DNA from: Gaiellales bacterium
Lineage (GTDB): Bacteria; Actinomycetota; Thermoleophilia; BMS3ABIN01
Assembly (NCBI GenBank): GCA_003599855.1
Contig: QZKG01000067.1
Coordinates: 7,647 to 71,646 of the forward strand
Direction of reading: 5' to 3'
DNA: 64,000 nucleotides
Every line of letters starts with the position of its first letter. Position 1 is the first letter of the stretch. The notes under the pieces are model-generated. The model searched no databases. It saw only the letters and a program-made list of their open reading frames with translations, and was not told where the DNA came from. The position numbers and the translations under genes are program-made. Positions 1 to 8,431 of this stretch are shown piece after piece.

Positions 1-306
1 GCCGCCTTCCTGACCAGCTTCTGCAACAACCTTGCCCGCCCCTCCGTGCGCGGGCTTTCCTCTCTCTGACCAGCCTTTTTCCGGGACAAATGTCCCGTTC
101 TTGACGGGACATACGCCTCTTGTCCCCTCCCAGCCATGGGTTCATCCTTTAAATACCCCCGTGGGGCATATTTCCGTTTTCTTATCCAGAGGGAGGGCGA
201 ATCATTCCCATGAAGACCAAAGGGAGGTGATGTACCAGGGGAGGGCTTGAAATGCGAGACGCAATGTATTTGTGATGAAGGTAAACCCAGAAAGGAAATT
301 GCTGAC

Positions 307-1752
307 ATGAAAGCTACGCGCATTATCCCCGCTTCCATCGGGTTGATAGTAACGCTGATACTGGTGGCCGCGCTCATCTCCATGTCCGGCGTGCCGGCGA
401 CAGCGACATCAGTGGAAGGGACGCTCGTATCCACCCCGGTCGACACAGCGCCGGTGCTTGACGGTATTGCAGATGAGGCAGCCTGGGCCGCTGCCTATGC
501 TACGAACGCGACCGTCAGCGGTGGTTGGTACGGTACGGGAACCGTAAGCATGAAATCGGTCTACAAGGACGGCACCGTTTACTTCCTGTACCAGTACAGC
601 GATCCCGAGAACTCGAACCGCAGGGGCCCCTGGCAGAAGCAGCCTGATGGATCCTGGCTGAAGATCGCCGCTACGCAGTGGCCGGCGCCGGTCTGCCCGC
701 CCGGAGACGCCAGCTGCGAGCAGTACTGGTCCATGAAAGATCCGAACGGCGCCTATGAAGACAAGTTCGCTGTCCTTTGGAACATCAACACCCCGGGCTT
801 CGAGACGGCGGGTTGCGGCATCACCTGCCACTGGGGCATTGACCGCGCCAACGGAAAGTACGGCCGCAAGTACACCAACGCCCCCGGCGAGCTCGTCGAC
901 ATGTGGCACTTCAAGAGCGTCAGGACCGGCCCTGTCGGCCAGACCGACGACCAGTACATCGACAACGCCACCACCGGCAAGGACTGGGGCCGCCATGGCG
1001 ACCCGAACCTCGGCGGCGGTTACAGCGATAACCTGGACTCCAATGGCGATGGCAAGCCCGACTACACGTCGCCGACGCAGCCGGCGCCGCCGTACTACCT
1101 GCTGAAGAGCGAGGAGACGGCGATGGTCGACACCTACGCAGCGGGTGACGAGGTCGCGGCGATCCGCATCGCGGCGCTGACCGGCGACCGCTCCAACCTG
1201 CCCACCGGTTCAAACTATGACGAGACGACCAATACCTGGACGCTGGAGATAGCCCGTCCGCTCGTCACCATGGGTAACGACGGCGTCACCCCCAGCACCA
1301 AGGACGTCCAGTTCACCGACCTCGACTCCGAATACCTCTTCGGCGTGGCGGTGTTCGACAACGCCCAGGTGGAGCACTCGATGTCAGGCCTCTACAAGCT
1401 CACCTTCGCGGAATGCGATAGTCCGTCCCTGGGCCTGTCCAAGTCCGGCGTTTACTGGGCAAGTTACGCCGACTACACGGCGCGTCTGCTGTCGGTCGAC
1501 CTCGGCATCGGTAACAGCGGCGCCGGTGCGGCGACCTCGGCTCAGATCGAAGGCGCGATCAACACCAACGGCGTGACCGTCGTCAGCAGCATGCCTATGG
1601 CGCTCGGCGGGATCGCTGCCGGCAGTAGTGTCGCGGCCACGGTCAAGTACGATGTGCCTGCAGGCGTGTCTTCGTTCAAGACGACGATATACGCCACCGC
1701 CACCGACGCCTGCGGCAACGCGTACAGCTACCCGGGCCCGATGCCGAGCTGA
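307..1752 (+). CDS. secreted haem-binding DOMON/EB_dh-like domain protein
   Basis: ORF 247..1752 opens with TTG; the in-frame ATG at 307 gives a classic signal peptide MKATRIIPASIGLIVTLILVAALISMSGVPATA. The motif TAPVLDGIADEAAWAAA is typical of EB_dh/DOMON (CBM9-like) haem-binding domains. CGITCH is an atypical CX3CH haem-like motif. The C-terminal region is Gly/Ala-rich. Confidence 0.6.
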   Translation: MKATRIIPASIGLIVTLILVAALISMSGVPATATSVEGTLVSTPVDTAPVLDGIADEAAWAAAYATNATVSGGWYGTGTVSMKSVYKDGTVYFLYQYSDPENSNRRGPWQKQPDGSWLKIAATQWPAPVCPPGDASCEQYWSMKDPNGAYEDKFAVLWNINTPGFETAGCGITCHWGIDRANGKYGRKYTNAPGELVDMWHFKSVRTGPVGQTDDQYIDNATTGKDWGRHGDPNLGGGYSDNLDSNGDGKPDYTSPTQPAPPYYLLKSEETAMVDTYAAGDEVAAIRIAALTGDRSNLPTGSNYDETTNTWTLEIARPLVTMGNDGVTPSTKDVQFTDLDSEYLFGVAVFDNAQVEHSMSGLYKLTFAECDSPSLGLSKSGVYWASYADYTARLLSVDLGIGNSGAGAATSAQIEGAINTNGVTVVSSMPMALGGIAAGSSVAATVKYDVPAGVSSFKTTIYATATDACGNAYSYPGPMPS

Positions 1753-1804
1753 CAGGGCGCGTGACCTCATGACAGTGAGCGCAACATACGAAAAGGAGAT
1801 AAGA

Positions 1805-1942
1805 ATGCCTGTTGACAGCGGAAGGGTACCGCATCCCTACGCCAGACCGGAATTGGTAAAGCTGGACAACCTGCGGGACATCACGTTTGAATGCCCCGAC
1901 TGGCAGTGCAGCGTCACGGTTCCGGGAGCGCCTGGGGCGTAA
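1805..1942 (+). CDS. small hypothetical protein (45 aa, CPDWQC motif)
   Basis: ATG at 1805 is preceded by a strong SD (aaaaggagataaga). Product is MPVDSGRVPHPYARPELVKLDNLRDITFECPDWQCSVTVPGAPGA. I recognise no homologue. Confidence 0.35.
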   Translation: MPVDSGRVPHPYARPELVKLDNLRDITFECPDWQCSVTVPGAPGA

Positions 1943-2194
1943 TCCGGACTAGCAGCACCACATGGGCAATAACCGGGAAGGGCCGCCACAAAAGGCGGTC
2001 CTTCCCGTTCAGGCTGACGCTTCCCTTGAATGATAAGCATACGCCGGGGGGGCGATAAGAAAATACCATTTATAATCGCATTGGTTTGGTATAAAATACC
2101 GGTTCATATCCGGCTGGCATCGAGGGTGGTCCTGGCGGCCGCCTTTTTCGTACCTGCGGATTGCTGTCAGAAGCTACTCAAGGGTGTAGAAAAG

Positions 2195-2383
2195 ATGTTG
2201 AAGAACAGTTTCAGGACCTGCATTTCATGTGACGACCCCATCGAGCATGAGGGTTTCAGCCTCAACGTGTGCGAGAACTGCAGCGACGACTCCGCCGGGA
2301 GCGACCAGGGGCGCCGTAACATAGCGGCACGCCTCAAGGACTCCCACGGCCCGGCCGACACCGAGGCGCTGGCCGCCGACTGA
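2195..2383 (+). CDS. small Cys-rich (CxxC...CxxC) hypothetical protein, 62 aa
   Basis: Internal Met of ORF 2030..2383 (MLKNSFRTCISCDDPIEHEGFSLNVCENCSDD...) has a zinc-ribbon-like Cys spacing. The RBS is weak. Confidence 0.2.
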   Translation: MLKNSFRTCISCDDPIEHEGFSLNVCENCSDDSAGSDQGRRNIAARLKDSHGPADTEALAAD

Positions 2384-2416
2384 CCGGCTGGCTACGACGG
2401 CCTGGGGCCGTTTCCT

Positions 2417-3094
2417 CTACTGCAGAACTTCGTCGAAGCCCACCTGCAATATCTTCTTGCGGATGGCGTAGCGCACCAGCTCCGGGCGCTTGTGGAGGTC
2501 GAGCTTGTCCATGATCTTGGCCTTGTGCGACTCCACCGTCTTGACGCTGATGACCAGGAACTCGGCGATCTCGCGGCAGGTATAACCCTCGGCGATCATC
2601 TTGAGGATCTCCTGCTCGCGCTCGGTGAGCGTGTCGCAGCAACTGTCCGACTCCCTGCCATTGTAGGGCTTGAGCAGGAAGTTCTCGACCACCGTCCTGG
2701 TTATCGACGAATACAGGAAGTAATCGCCCCGGGCGACGGTCTGGATCGCGTTGACCAGGTCGCTGTCCGCGGCCTGCTTGAGCATGTAGCCGACGGCCCC
2801 CGCCCGGAACGCCTGGAAGAGGTACTCATCATTCTCATGCACCGTGAGCACGAGTACCTTTATCTCCCGGTTACGCTTGCGGATCTGCCTGGTGGCTTCC
2901 ATGCCGTCCATCACGGGCATACTGATATCCATGAGCACAATGTCCGGTTTGAGTTCCTGCGCCTTCTGAACTGCCTCGCGGCCGTTCTCCGCCTGCCCTA
3001 CCACCTCGATGCCGTCATCTTCGCCCAGCAGACGGATGAGCCCGGAGCGGATGAGCGCGTGGTCGTCAGCCAGGAGTACCTTGATCTTGTTCAC
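2417..3094 (-). CDS. two-component response regulator, NarL/LuxR family
   Basis: The receiver domain shows KVLLADDHALIRSGL...DIVLMDISMPVMDG. The C-terminal LuxR HTH shows LTEREQEILKMIAEGYTCREIAEFLVISVKTVESHKAKIMDKL. The start overlaps the upstream kinase stop by 4 nt (ATGA). Confidence 0.9.
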   Translation of the reverse strand: MNKIKVLLADDHALIRSGLIRLLGEDDGIEVVGQAENGREAVQKAQELKPDIVLMDISMPVMDGMEATRQIRKRNREIKVLVLTVHENDEYLFQAFRAGAVGYMLKQAADSDLVNAIQTVARGDYFLYSSITRTVVENFLLKPYNGRESDSCCDTLTEREQEILKMIAEGYTCREIAEFLVISVKTVESHKAKIMDKLDLHKRPELVRYAIRKKILQVGFDEVLQ

Positions 3095-4203
3095 CAGACC
3101 CCCTCCTTCGACTCGATGGGGACCTCAAGCCTGATGGTCGTCCCTATGCCGGGACCGGACTCGAATGCCAGCGAGCCGTCCACCAGCTCCACCCTCTCCT
3201 GCATGCCGTGGAGTCCCAGGCCGCGGGCGCCTTCGTCCGACTGCAGCACTTCTTCCGGCGAGAAGCCGCAACCGTCGTCTGTTATCGTCCCCTTCACCGT
3301 TGACTTGTCTCGCTCGAGCGACACGCGGCACCCCTTCGCCCCGGAATGTCGCGCCACGTTGGTCAGGGCTTCCTGCACCACCCGGTAAAGTACTGTCTCC
3401 AGCCGGGATGGCAGACGCCCCGACATGGATTTCATCCTGAGGTCGACGAAGATCCGGGTGTTCCGGGTGAACTCCTTGATGTATGAGCGTATCGCCGCCG
3501 ACAGGCCGAGGTCGTCCAGCACGCTCGGCCTCAGCCTGACCGCCATCGTGTGCACCTCACCCAGGGTGGTGTGGGCCAGGTCCTTGATGTTATGGAGCCG
3601 CTCACGGATGTCGGGCAGCGAAGGGGGAACCATCTCTTCCGCGACCTTGATGCCGATAACCAGACCGGTGAGGGACTGGCTGGTCTCGTCATGGAGTTCG
3701 CGCGCGATGCGCTTGCGCTCCTCTTCCTGTGCCTTGATCGCCGAGGCCGCTCCCTTCCGGCGCTGTTGTTCGAGCGAATCGAGCATGGAGTTGAGGCTCC
3801 GGGAGAGCTCCCCGATCTGGGGATCATCCCTCACCTCGGGAACCCGGATCGCGCGCCGGCCGATGCGGATCGCCTTCAGTGCCTCGACGACATTGTCCAG
3901 CGGCCGGAAGGCCAGTTTGACCATGATGCAATTGACCAGGATCGAGAATGCCACACCGCCGGCGACGAACAGCAGCACCAGGTCGAAGCCGCCCCCGAGC
4001 AGCTGCTCTTCCAGGTAGATCCCCATGGTCGAGCCGCTGATGATCAGCGCCGTGTTGGCGATAACCACCTTCTGGAACAATGGGCGTCGCTTGAGCCGGT
4101 TGACCGCCCGGAGCAGGGTCCCTCTGGAGCAGCGCTCACGGATCCCCCGCTCCGGTACGGTCGGCGCCACGCCTACCTGTTGTATGGCTTCCGAGTTTTC
4201 CAT
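3091..4203 (-). CDS. sensor histidine kinase, NarX/DegS type (HisKA_3 + HATPase)
   Basis: N-terminal TM helices, a HAMP-like linker and an H-box RIARELHDETSQSLTGL (HisKA_3) are present, followed by a C-terminal HATPase (DDGCGF ... GLGLHGMQERV). Confidence 0.85.
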   Translation of the reverse strand: MENSEAIQQVGVAPTVPERGIRERCSRGTLLRAVNRLKRRPLFQKVVIANTALIISGSTMGIYLEEQLLGGGFDLVLLFVAGGVAFSILVNCIMVKLAFRPLDNVVEALKAIRIGRRAIRVPEVRDDPQIGELSRSLNSMLDSLEQQRRKGAASAIKAQEEERKRIARELHDETSQSLTGLVIGIKVAEEMVPPSLPDIRERLHNIKDLAHTTLGEVHTMAVRLRPSVLDDLGLSAAIRSYIKEFTRNTRIFVDLRMKSMSGRLPSRLETVLYRVVQEALTNVARHSGAKGCRVSLERDKSTVKGTITDDGCGFSPEEVLQSDEGARGLGLHGMQERVELVDGSLAFESGPGIGTTIRLEVPIESKEGVW

Positions 4204-4219
4204 CTGTCATCGTCCCTGG

Positions 4220-4519
4220 CTACCTTCCCCCGCGCCAGATCACGTAGGTGGTCAGCCCGGTGCCGATCATCAGCAGGCCGAACAGCAGGGTGTCGGTTAT
4301 GGGTGAGAAGATGAAGCCCAGGACCGTGAGCGCCGTGACTACCACCAGCACCGCAGCGGAGAAGACTCCGGCGACCCCGAAGGCTACTTTCTCCGCGGCC
4401 GACAGGCTCTTCTCCCCTGCCTTGTCCCTCTCCGCCTCTACCTCTCTCGCTACCGACTGCTTCGTCAGCTCCCCTGCCGCCAATGCGTTCTTTTCCTCGT
4501 ATGTGAGCTGGCTTTCCAT
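4220..4519 (-). CDS. small membrane protein (2 TM), unknown function
   Basis: The 99-aa product has a strong SD (gaaaggagggcaa ATG) and hydrophobic segments AFGVAGVFSAAVLVVVTALTVLGFIF and LLFGLLMIGTGLTTYVIW. It sits inside the operon between the cytochrome and the kinase. Confidence 0.6.
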   Translation of the reverse strand: MESQLTYEEKNALAAGELTKQSVAREVEAERDKAGEKSLSAAEKVAFGVAGVFSAAVLVVVTALTVLGFIFSPITDTLLFGLLMIGTGLTTYVIWRGGR

Positions 4520-4563
4520 GTTGCCCTCCTTTCTGTTTGACCTTCACGTTTGCTGGTTGCCGC

Positions 4564-5031
4564 TTACTCTTCCTCGATCCCCTTGACGCCCACGTGGCAG
4601 CGGGCGCACTGGGTGTCGGAAGCAAAAGCCATCTGCGGTTCGCCCGAATGGCAGGCGCCGCAGTACTTGCCCTCGGCCAGGCCCGCCATGTCGAAGTCAG
4701 GCTCGCCCTGGGAGCTGAGCGCCTTCATCTCGAACAACCCCGAATGACAGCTGTCGCATTTGAACCCCATATCCGTGACGTGAGTATCATGGCTGAAGAC
4801 GACCGCATCCACCGGCTTGGTGAAGTAGATGTCATCCGGTACGCCAAGGGCATCGCTGGTGGCCCCGTAGACTTCGCCGGCGGCCCCGTAATTGTCGCTG
4901 GCGGCTCCGCTGGTCACGTCCAGGTCAGCGATGGGGTCCTGCCCCTCCGCTATGCCGGCGCCCCGGTGAAGGATGAAACCGACAGCCATGGCGGCGATGA
5001 TGACCGGCATTGCCAAAAGTATGCGTTTCAT
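4564..5031 (-). CDS. trihaem c-type cytochrome (periplasmic, signal-anchored)
   Basis: A signal peptide (MKRILLAMPVIIAAMAVGF) and three CXXCH motifs (CDSCH, CGACH, CARCH) are present. The strong SD aaggagaggc lies 9 nt after the NrfC-like stop. Confidence 0.85.
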   Translation of the reverse strand: MKRILLAMPVIIAAMAVGFILHRGAGIAEGQDPIADLDVTSGAASDNYGAAGEVYGATSDALGVPDDIYFTKPVDAVVFSHDTHVTDMGFKCDSCHSGLFEMKALSSQGEPDFDMAGLAEGKYCGACHSGEPQMAFASDTQCARCHVGVKGIEEE

Positions 5032-5040
5032 GGCCTCTCC

Positions 5041-5799
5041 TTATCCTGTGGTATAGAAGATGTTCGGTTTCGTCCCGGTCTCGGGACGCTGGACCCAGAC
5101 GGCGGCCTCGAGGTCATGCACCCGCTTGTAGACCTCGCTCTGTGGGTCGGAGAGGTCGCCGAAGATGCGCACGCCCGCCGGGCAGGCCTCGGCACAGGCG
5201 GTGAGCGTCTCGCCCTTGCTCAGCCGCGTGTCGTAACAGAAGTTGCACTTGTCCACCGCCATCGTCTCTTCATTGAAGTAGCGGTCGTTGCAGGGGCAGG
5301 CCGACATGCAGGTCTTGCAGCCGATGCACTTGCTCTGGTCCATCATGACGATGCCGTTGGTCTTGTCCTTGTAGGTTGCCTTGGTGGGGCAGGCCCGGAC
5401 GCAGGCCGGGTTGTTGCACTGGTTGCAGAGGACGGGGATGAACTCGACGGTGCGCCCCTCGCTCTCCTCGCTCACGTGCTGTAGTATCCTGGTCCGGTAA
5501 CCATATTCCGGTACATCGTTGGTGCGGGCGCAGGCCTCGACGCAGCGCTCGCAGTCGATGCAGTTGTCCTGCCGGATGACCATGCTGTAATGCGGCTTGT
5601 AGGGGTAGCTCTCAGCGAGCTCCTCGCGCGAGGCGAAGACCTCGTCCACCACCGACACCGCCGACAGCAGCGTCCCCCCGGCGAAGACCCCCGTGATGGC
5701 GAGCCCAATCTTGAGAAAGTCCCGGCGCTCGATATCACTGACGGCCTTGTCGCTTTTCGCCGGCTCCGGCTCCCTGGGAATCCTGGGCGAGCGTTTCAT
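5041..5799 (-). CDS. Tat-exported 4Fe-4S ferredoxin subunit, NrfC/PsrB/HybA-like
   Basis: A twin-arginine signal (RRDFLKIGLAITGVFAGGTLL) and multiple CxxCxxCxxxCP ferredoxin motifs (CIDCERCVEACA, CNQCNNPACVRACP, CIGCKTCMSACP) are present. SD is aaggaggg. Confidence 0.85.
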   Translation of the reverse strand: MKRSPRIPREPEPAKSDKAVSDIERRDFLKIGLAITGVFAGGTLLSAVSVVDEVFASREELAESYPYKPHYSMVIRQDNCIDCERCVEACARTNDVPEYGYRTRILQHVSEESEGRTVEFIPVLCNQCNNPACVRACPTKATYKDKTNGIVMMDQSKCIGCKTCMSACPCNDRYFNEETMAVDKCNFCYDTRLSKGETLTACAEACPAGVRIFGDLSDPQSEVYKRVHDLEAAVWVQRPETGTKPNIFYTTG

Positions 5800-5812
5800 T
5801 GGTCATCCCTCC

Positions 5813-7027
5813 TTAATGGGCTTCGCTTTTATGGCCGCCGAAGACCTTCTCGCCCAGCAGGAAGAGAAAGCCGGTCAGCCCGATTCCGCCCAGCACCACC
5901 ATGATCTCGTGGAAACTCGGCGTGTAACTGAGCAGTCCCGTGTACTCCTTGACTTCGAGCTCGTAGTAGACCGGGACTATCTGGCCGACCACGACCAGGT
6001 CATAGCGCATGAAGAAGATCCCGAATACCATCAGGCCCGAAGCCAGCGCCATCATCCCCAGGTTGGTGCCGCGAGACTTGAGGAAAAGGACCAGCGGTAT
6101 GACCATGCCGACCAGGATCTCCAACACCCAGAAGTTGAAGGCGTAGGGGCCGGTGAGCAGCGACCTGAGCGCCATCACCTTGGCCTCCCCGCCAGCGAAC
6201 CCTATGATGAACTTCCAGGTAGTGAAGAAAAGGATCACGGCGATGAGCAGTATGCCGACCTTGGTGGTGACCTCGAGCGCGCGCTTCATCCCGCTGTCCA
6301 TCTGCTCGCCGTTCACCTTGTAGGCGAGCCAGGTAAAGAGGATGATCGCCGCCGCGCCCGACATCATCGCCGATGTGATGAAGTAGATGGGCATGAAGGG
6401 CCCGTACCAGAACTCGCGCCCGTCGAGCATCCCGAAGACGGCTCCCAGGTTGCTGTGCGCCGCGACACCGGAGACCACCCCCAGGAATCCCAGTAGCGTC
6501 GCCAGCCTGTACCTGCGCTGCACCAGCAGGGTGAACTCGATAGCCATGAACATCATGTAGGCGCCGTAGAGGGTGCCCATCCACCAGATGTTCGAGGTCA
6601 GGTTTGGCGAGATGACGTTGTAGATCGCCATCCGGAGCGGGTTCTCGATCTCGAAGAAGATGACGAAGAAGCCGGAGATGATCGTCGCGACGGCGAGGAA
6701 GACTGACCTCTTGGCGATGGGCGCGTAATCCTTGACGCCGAATACGTGGCCGATGGAAGAGACCAGGCATAGCCCGGTCGACGTTACCACAAAAAAGACA
6801 TACGTAGAAATCAATATGCCCCAGGGGACCTCTCGTGTGACCCCGTAGGCGTGCATGGTGCCGACCGACCGGGCGTGCATCCCTGCTGCGACGCCGGCGA
6901 CTACGAGCAGCGCCATAGCGATGAGCGTGAACAGATAAGCCCTGTTTCTGATGCCGTCGTATACGCCCTCCCACGCAGTCAGCAAGAACGGCGCTTTGGC
7001 TGTTTCCGTTGAGACATTGTCAGCCAT
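5813..7027 (-). CDS. NrfD/PsrC-family polytopic membrane quinol-interacting subunit
   Basis: A 404-aa, roughly 10-TM protein, first in the operon, with a strong SD gagggaggtaa ATG. The NrfD-type call rests on architecture and its pairing with NrfC-like and cytochrome genes; no catalytic molybdopterin subunit is adjacent. Confidence 0.75.
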   Translation of the reverse strand: MADNVSTETAKAPFLLTAWEGVYDGIRNRAYLFTLIAMALLVVAGVAAGMHARSVGTMHAYGVTREVPWGILISTYVFFVVTSTGLCLVSSIGHVFGVKDYAPIAKRSVFLAVATIISGFFVIFFEIENPLRMAIYNVISPNLTSNIWWMGTLYGAYMMFMAIEFTLLVQRRYRLATLLGFLGVVSGVAAHSNLGAVFGMLDGREFWYGPFMPIYFITSAMMSGAAAIILFTWLAYKVNGEQMDSGMKRALEVTTKVGILLIAVILFFTTWKFIIGFAGGEAKVMALRSLLTGPYAFNFWVLEILVGMVIPLVLFLKSRGTNLGMMALASGLMVFGIFFMRYDLVVVGQIVPVYYELEVKEYTGLLSYTPSFHEIMVVLGGIGLTGFLFLLGEKVFGGHKSEAH

Positions 7028-7211
7028 GTTACCTCCCTCGTCACATAAAACACACTGACCCGGTCTCCGGCCGCCCGTCTTCCGTTTTCCCCCATCACCG
7101 GCATCCGGCTGTTGGTAAAAAATCTACCCAACTTGCGCGCGCAATATAATCGGGGGAATGTACCAAAGGGCTAAGGTTTAGTGCCTAGCGGCTATGGGGG
7201 TTTTCCGCAAT

Positions 7212-7315
7212 GGCGTAAGGCAATACCCTAGGGGGTACTAAGGCGTTTCACTGAGTAATCCATGCAGGCGATCCTCCCGCTTCACCCGTTAATCGCCTGC
7301 CGATAACCTTACGCC
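7212..7315. ncRNA. candidate structured RNA / cis-regulatory element (nested perfect helices)
   Basis: Outer 9-bp helix ggcgtaagg (7212-7220) pairs with ccttacgcc (7307-7315). Inner 9-bp helix gcaggcgat (7264-7272) pairs with atcgcctgc (7292-7300). A small hairpin taccc-tagg-gggta lies at 7224-7238. The element sits in a 660-nt ORF-free region upstream of the nrfD-like operon; strand is unknown. Confidence 0.35.
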
Positions 7316-8017
7316 CGACTCGCGGATACAGTTTACTACCTGCAATTGAAGTACTTTTACTGGCAGCCGGACGGCGCCACGACGCATATTGTAATTGGTG
7401 TTATCGTGGTGATAATGAATATTATTACGGTCATGAAAGCTATTATCTTCGCCTTGATTGTGATCCTTTTCTCAGATTTTGACGCTGCAACGTGACAAAG
7501 ACTATCGTTTCGGTATTGTGTGCCGTTTGTATTATATCAATTGATATAGAATTATATATATAGCTTAATCAATATCTGTTTTATGGTGCTCTAATGAATA
7601 TCGACAGTAATTCGACGGCGCTCTCGTGAGTTGCCGATTGGCAATCAGCTGCGCTCACTCACCATCCTGCCGCACTGTGCCAGTGACGCCATCACCCACT
7701 GCGTGTCATGCGGGAGCCGTGCTGGCGCTGATCGGTGACGGGCGCTGTTGCAGCACTATTTTTGCTTGACATATTAAATAAAGCTGGCGAAAGCAGGACG
7801 CTGCCGTGATGAGCAGCAATTTTCCTTGGAGACATGAAGCTGGTGACTGGATGGAAATGATCCGGTGGTTGCTTGACATCCGTGGCCGCAGGCGCGGCCG
7901 CAAACTGGCAAGTCATGTTCGTACGGAGTGTATTGGAGACAGAGCCATTCAGGGGTTTAAAAAAGCGCCGCGGTATTTCACCGCGGCGCCACAATGATTC
8001 CTGCTTTCCTCCCCGTA

Positions 8018-8224
8018 TCAGGAAGCCAGCCTCTCAGCGCTGTCGGTCTCCCACTCGCCTGAGTTCACTCGCTTATCAAAGCAGTTCCTGCAAACGGACT
8101 TGCCGCTGCCGTCCTCGAAACATACATGATAGGCTGCCGTCCCTTCGCAGCCGGGCAGCTTCTCCGTACAGCTGCATTTCTCTTCGACGGGAAAATTACT
8201 GGTGTACTTCACTGTCTTGAGCAT
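8018..8224 (-). CDS. small Cys-rich putative metal-binding protein (paralog A)
   Basis: 68 aa; the motif C..KLPGCE...HVCFEDGSGKSVCRNCFDKRVNSGEW is shared with the ORF at 10211..10429. An SD-like aaagggg precedes the ATG. Confidence 0.55.
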   Translation of the reverse strand: MLKTVKYTSNFPVEEKCSCTEKLPGCEGTAAYHVCFEDGSGKSVCRNCFDKRVNSGEWETDSAERLAS

Positions 8225-8431
8225 TTCGCACCCCTTTGCATCGTTTTACATGTACGCCGGCGTGACCGCGCATGCCGGTCTTTCGCAAATTTAGACGCAA
8301 TATACCCCTGGGGGTTTCATCTTCATGGTTGTGGCCTGACGAATTGCCGGCGTGTCGCCGCTACCCTTTTATCCCGATCGGATGTATAAATCAGATGACG
8401 GCTGGCTTACCCGATCGAGGAAACGGAGGGC

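Noticed and set aside
1805-1942. The 45-aa peptide as a RiPP precursor (PqqA-like or lasso-like).
   Set aside because: Resemblance to PqqA (a D-I-T-F-E versus E-V-T-x-Y pattern) is superficial. No radical-SAM, cyclodehydratase or lasso maturase genes are nearby. It is kept only as a small hypothetical ORF.
7111-7149. TTGGTA ... TATAAT as a sigma-70 promoter.
   Set aside because: The spacer between the two hexamers is 27 nt, so they cannot form one canonical promoter. Only the perfect -10 is noted, with an unknown -35.
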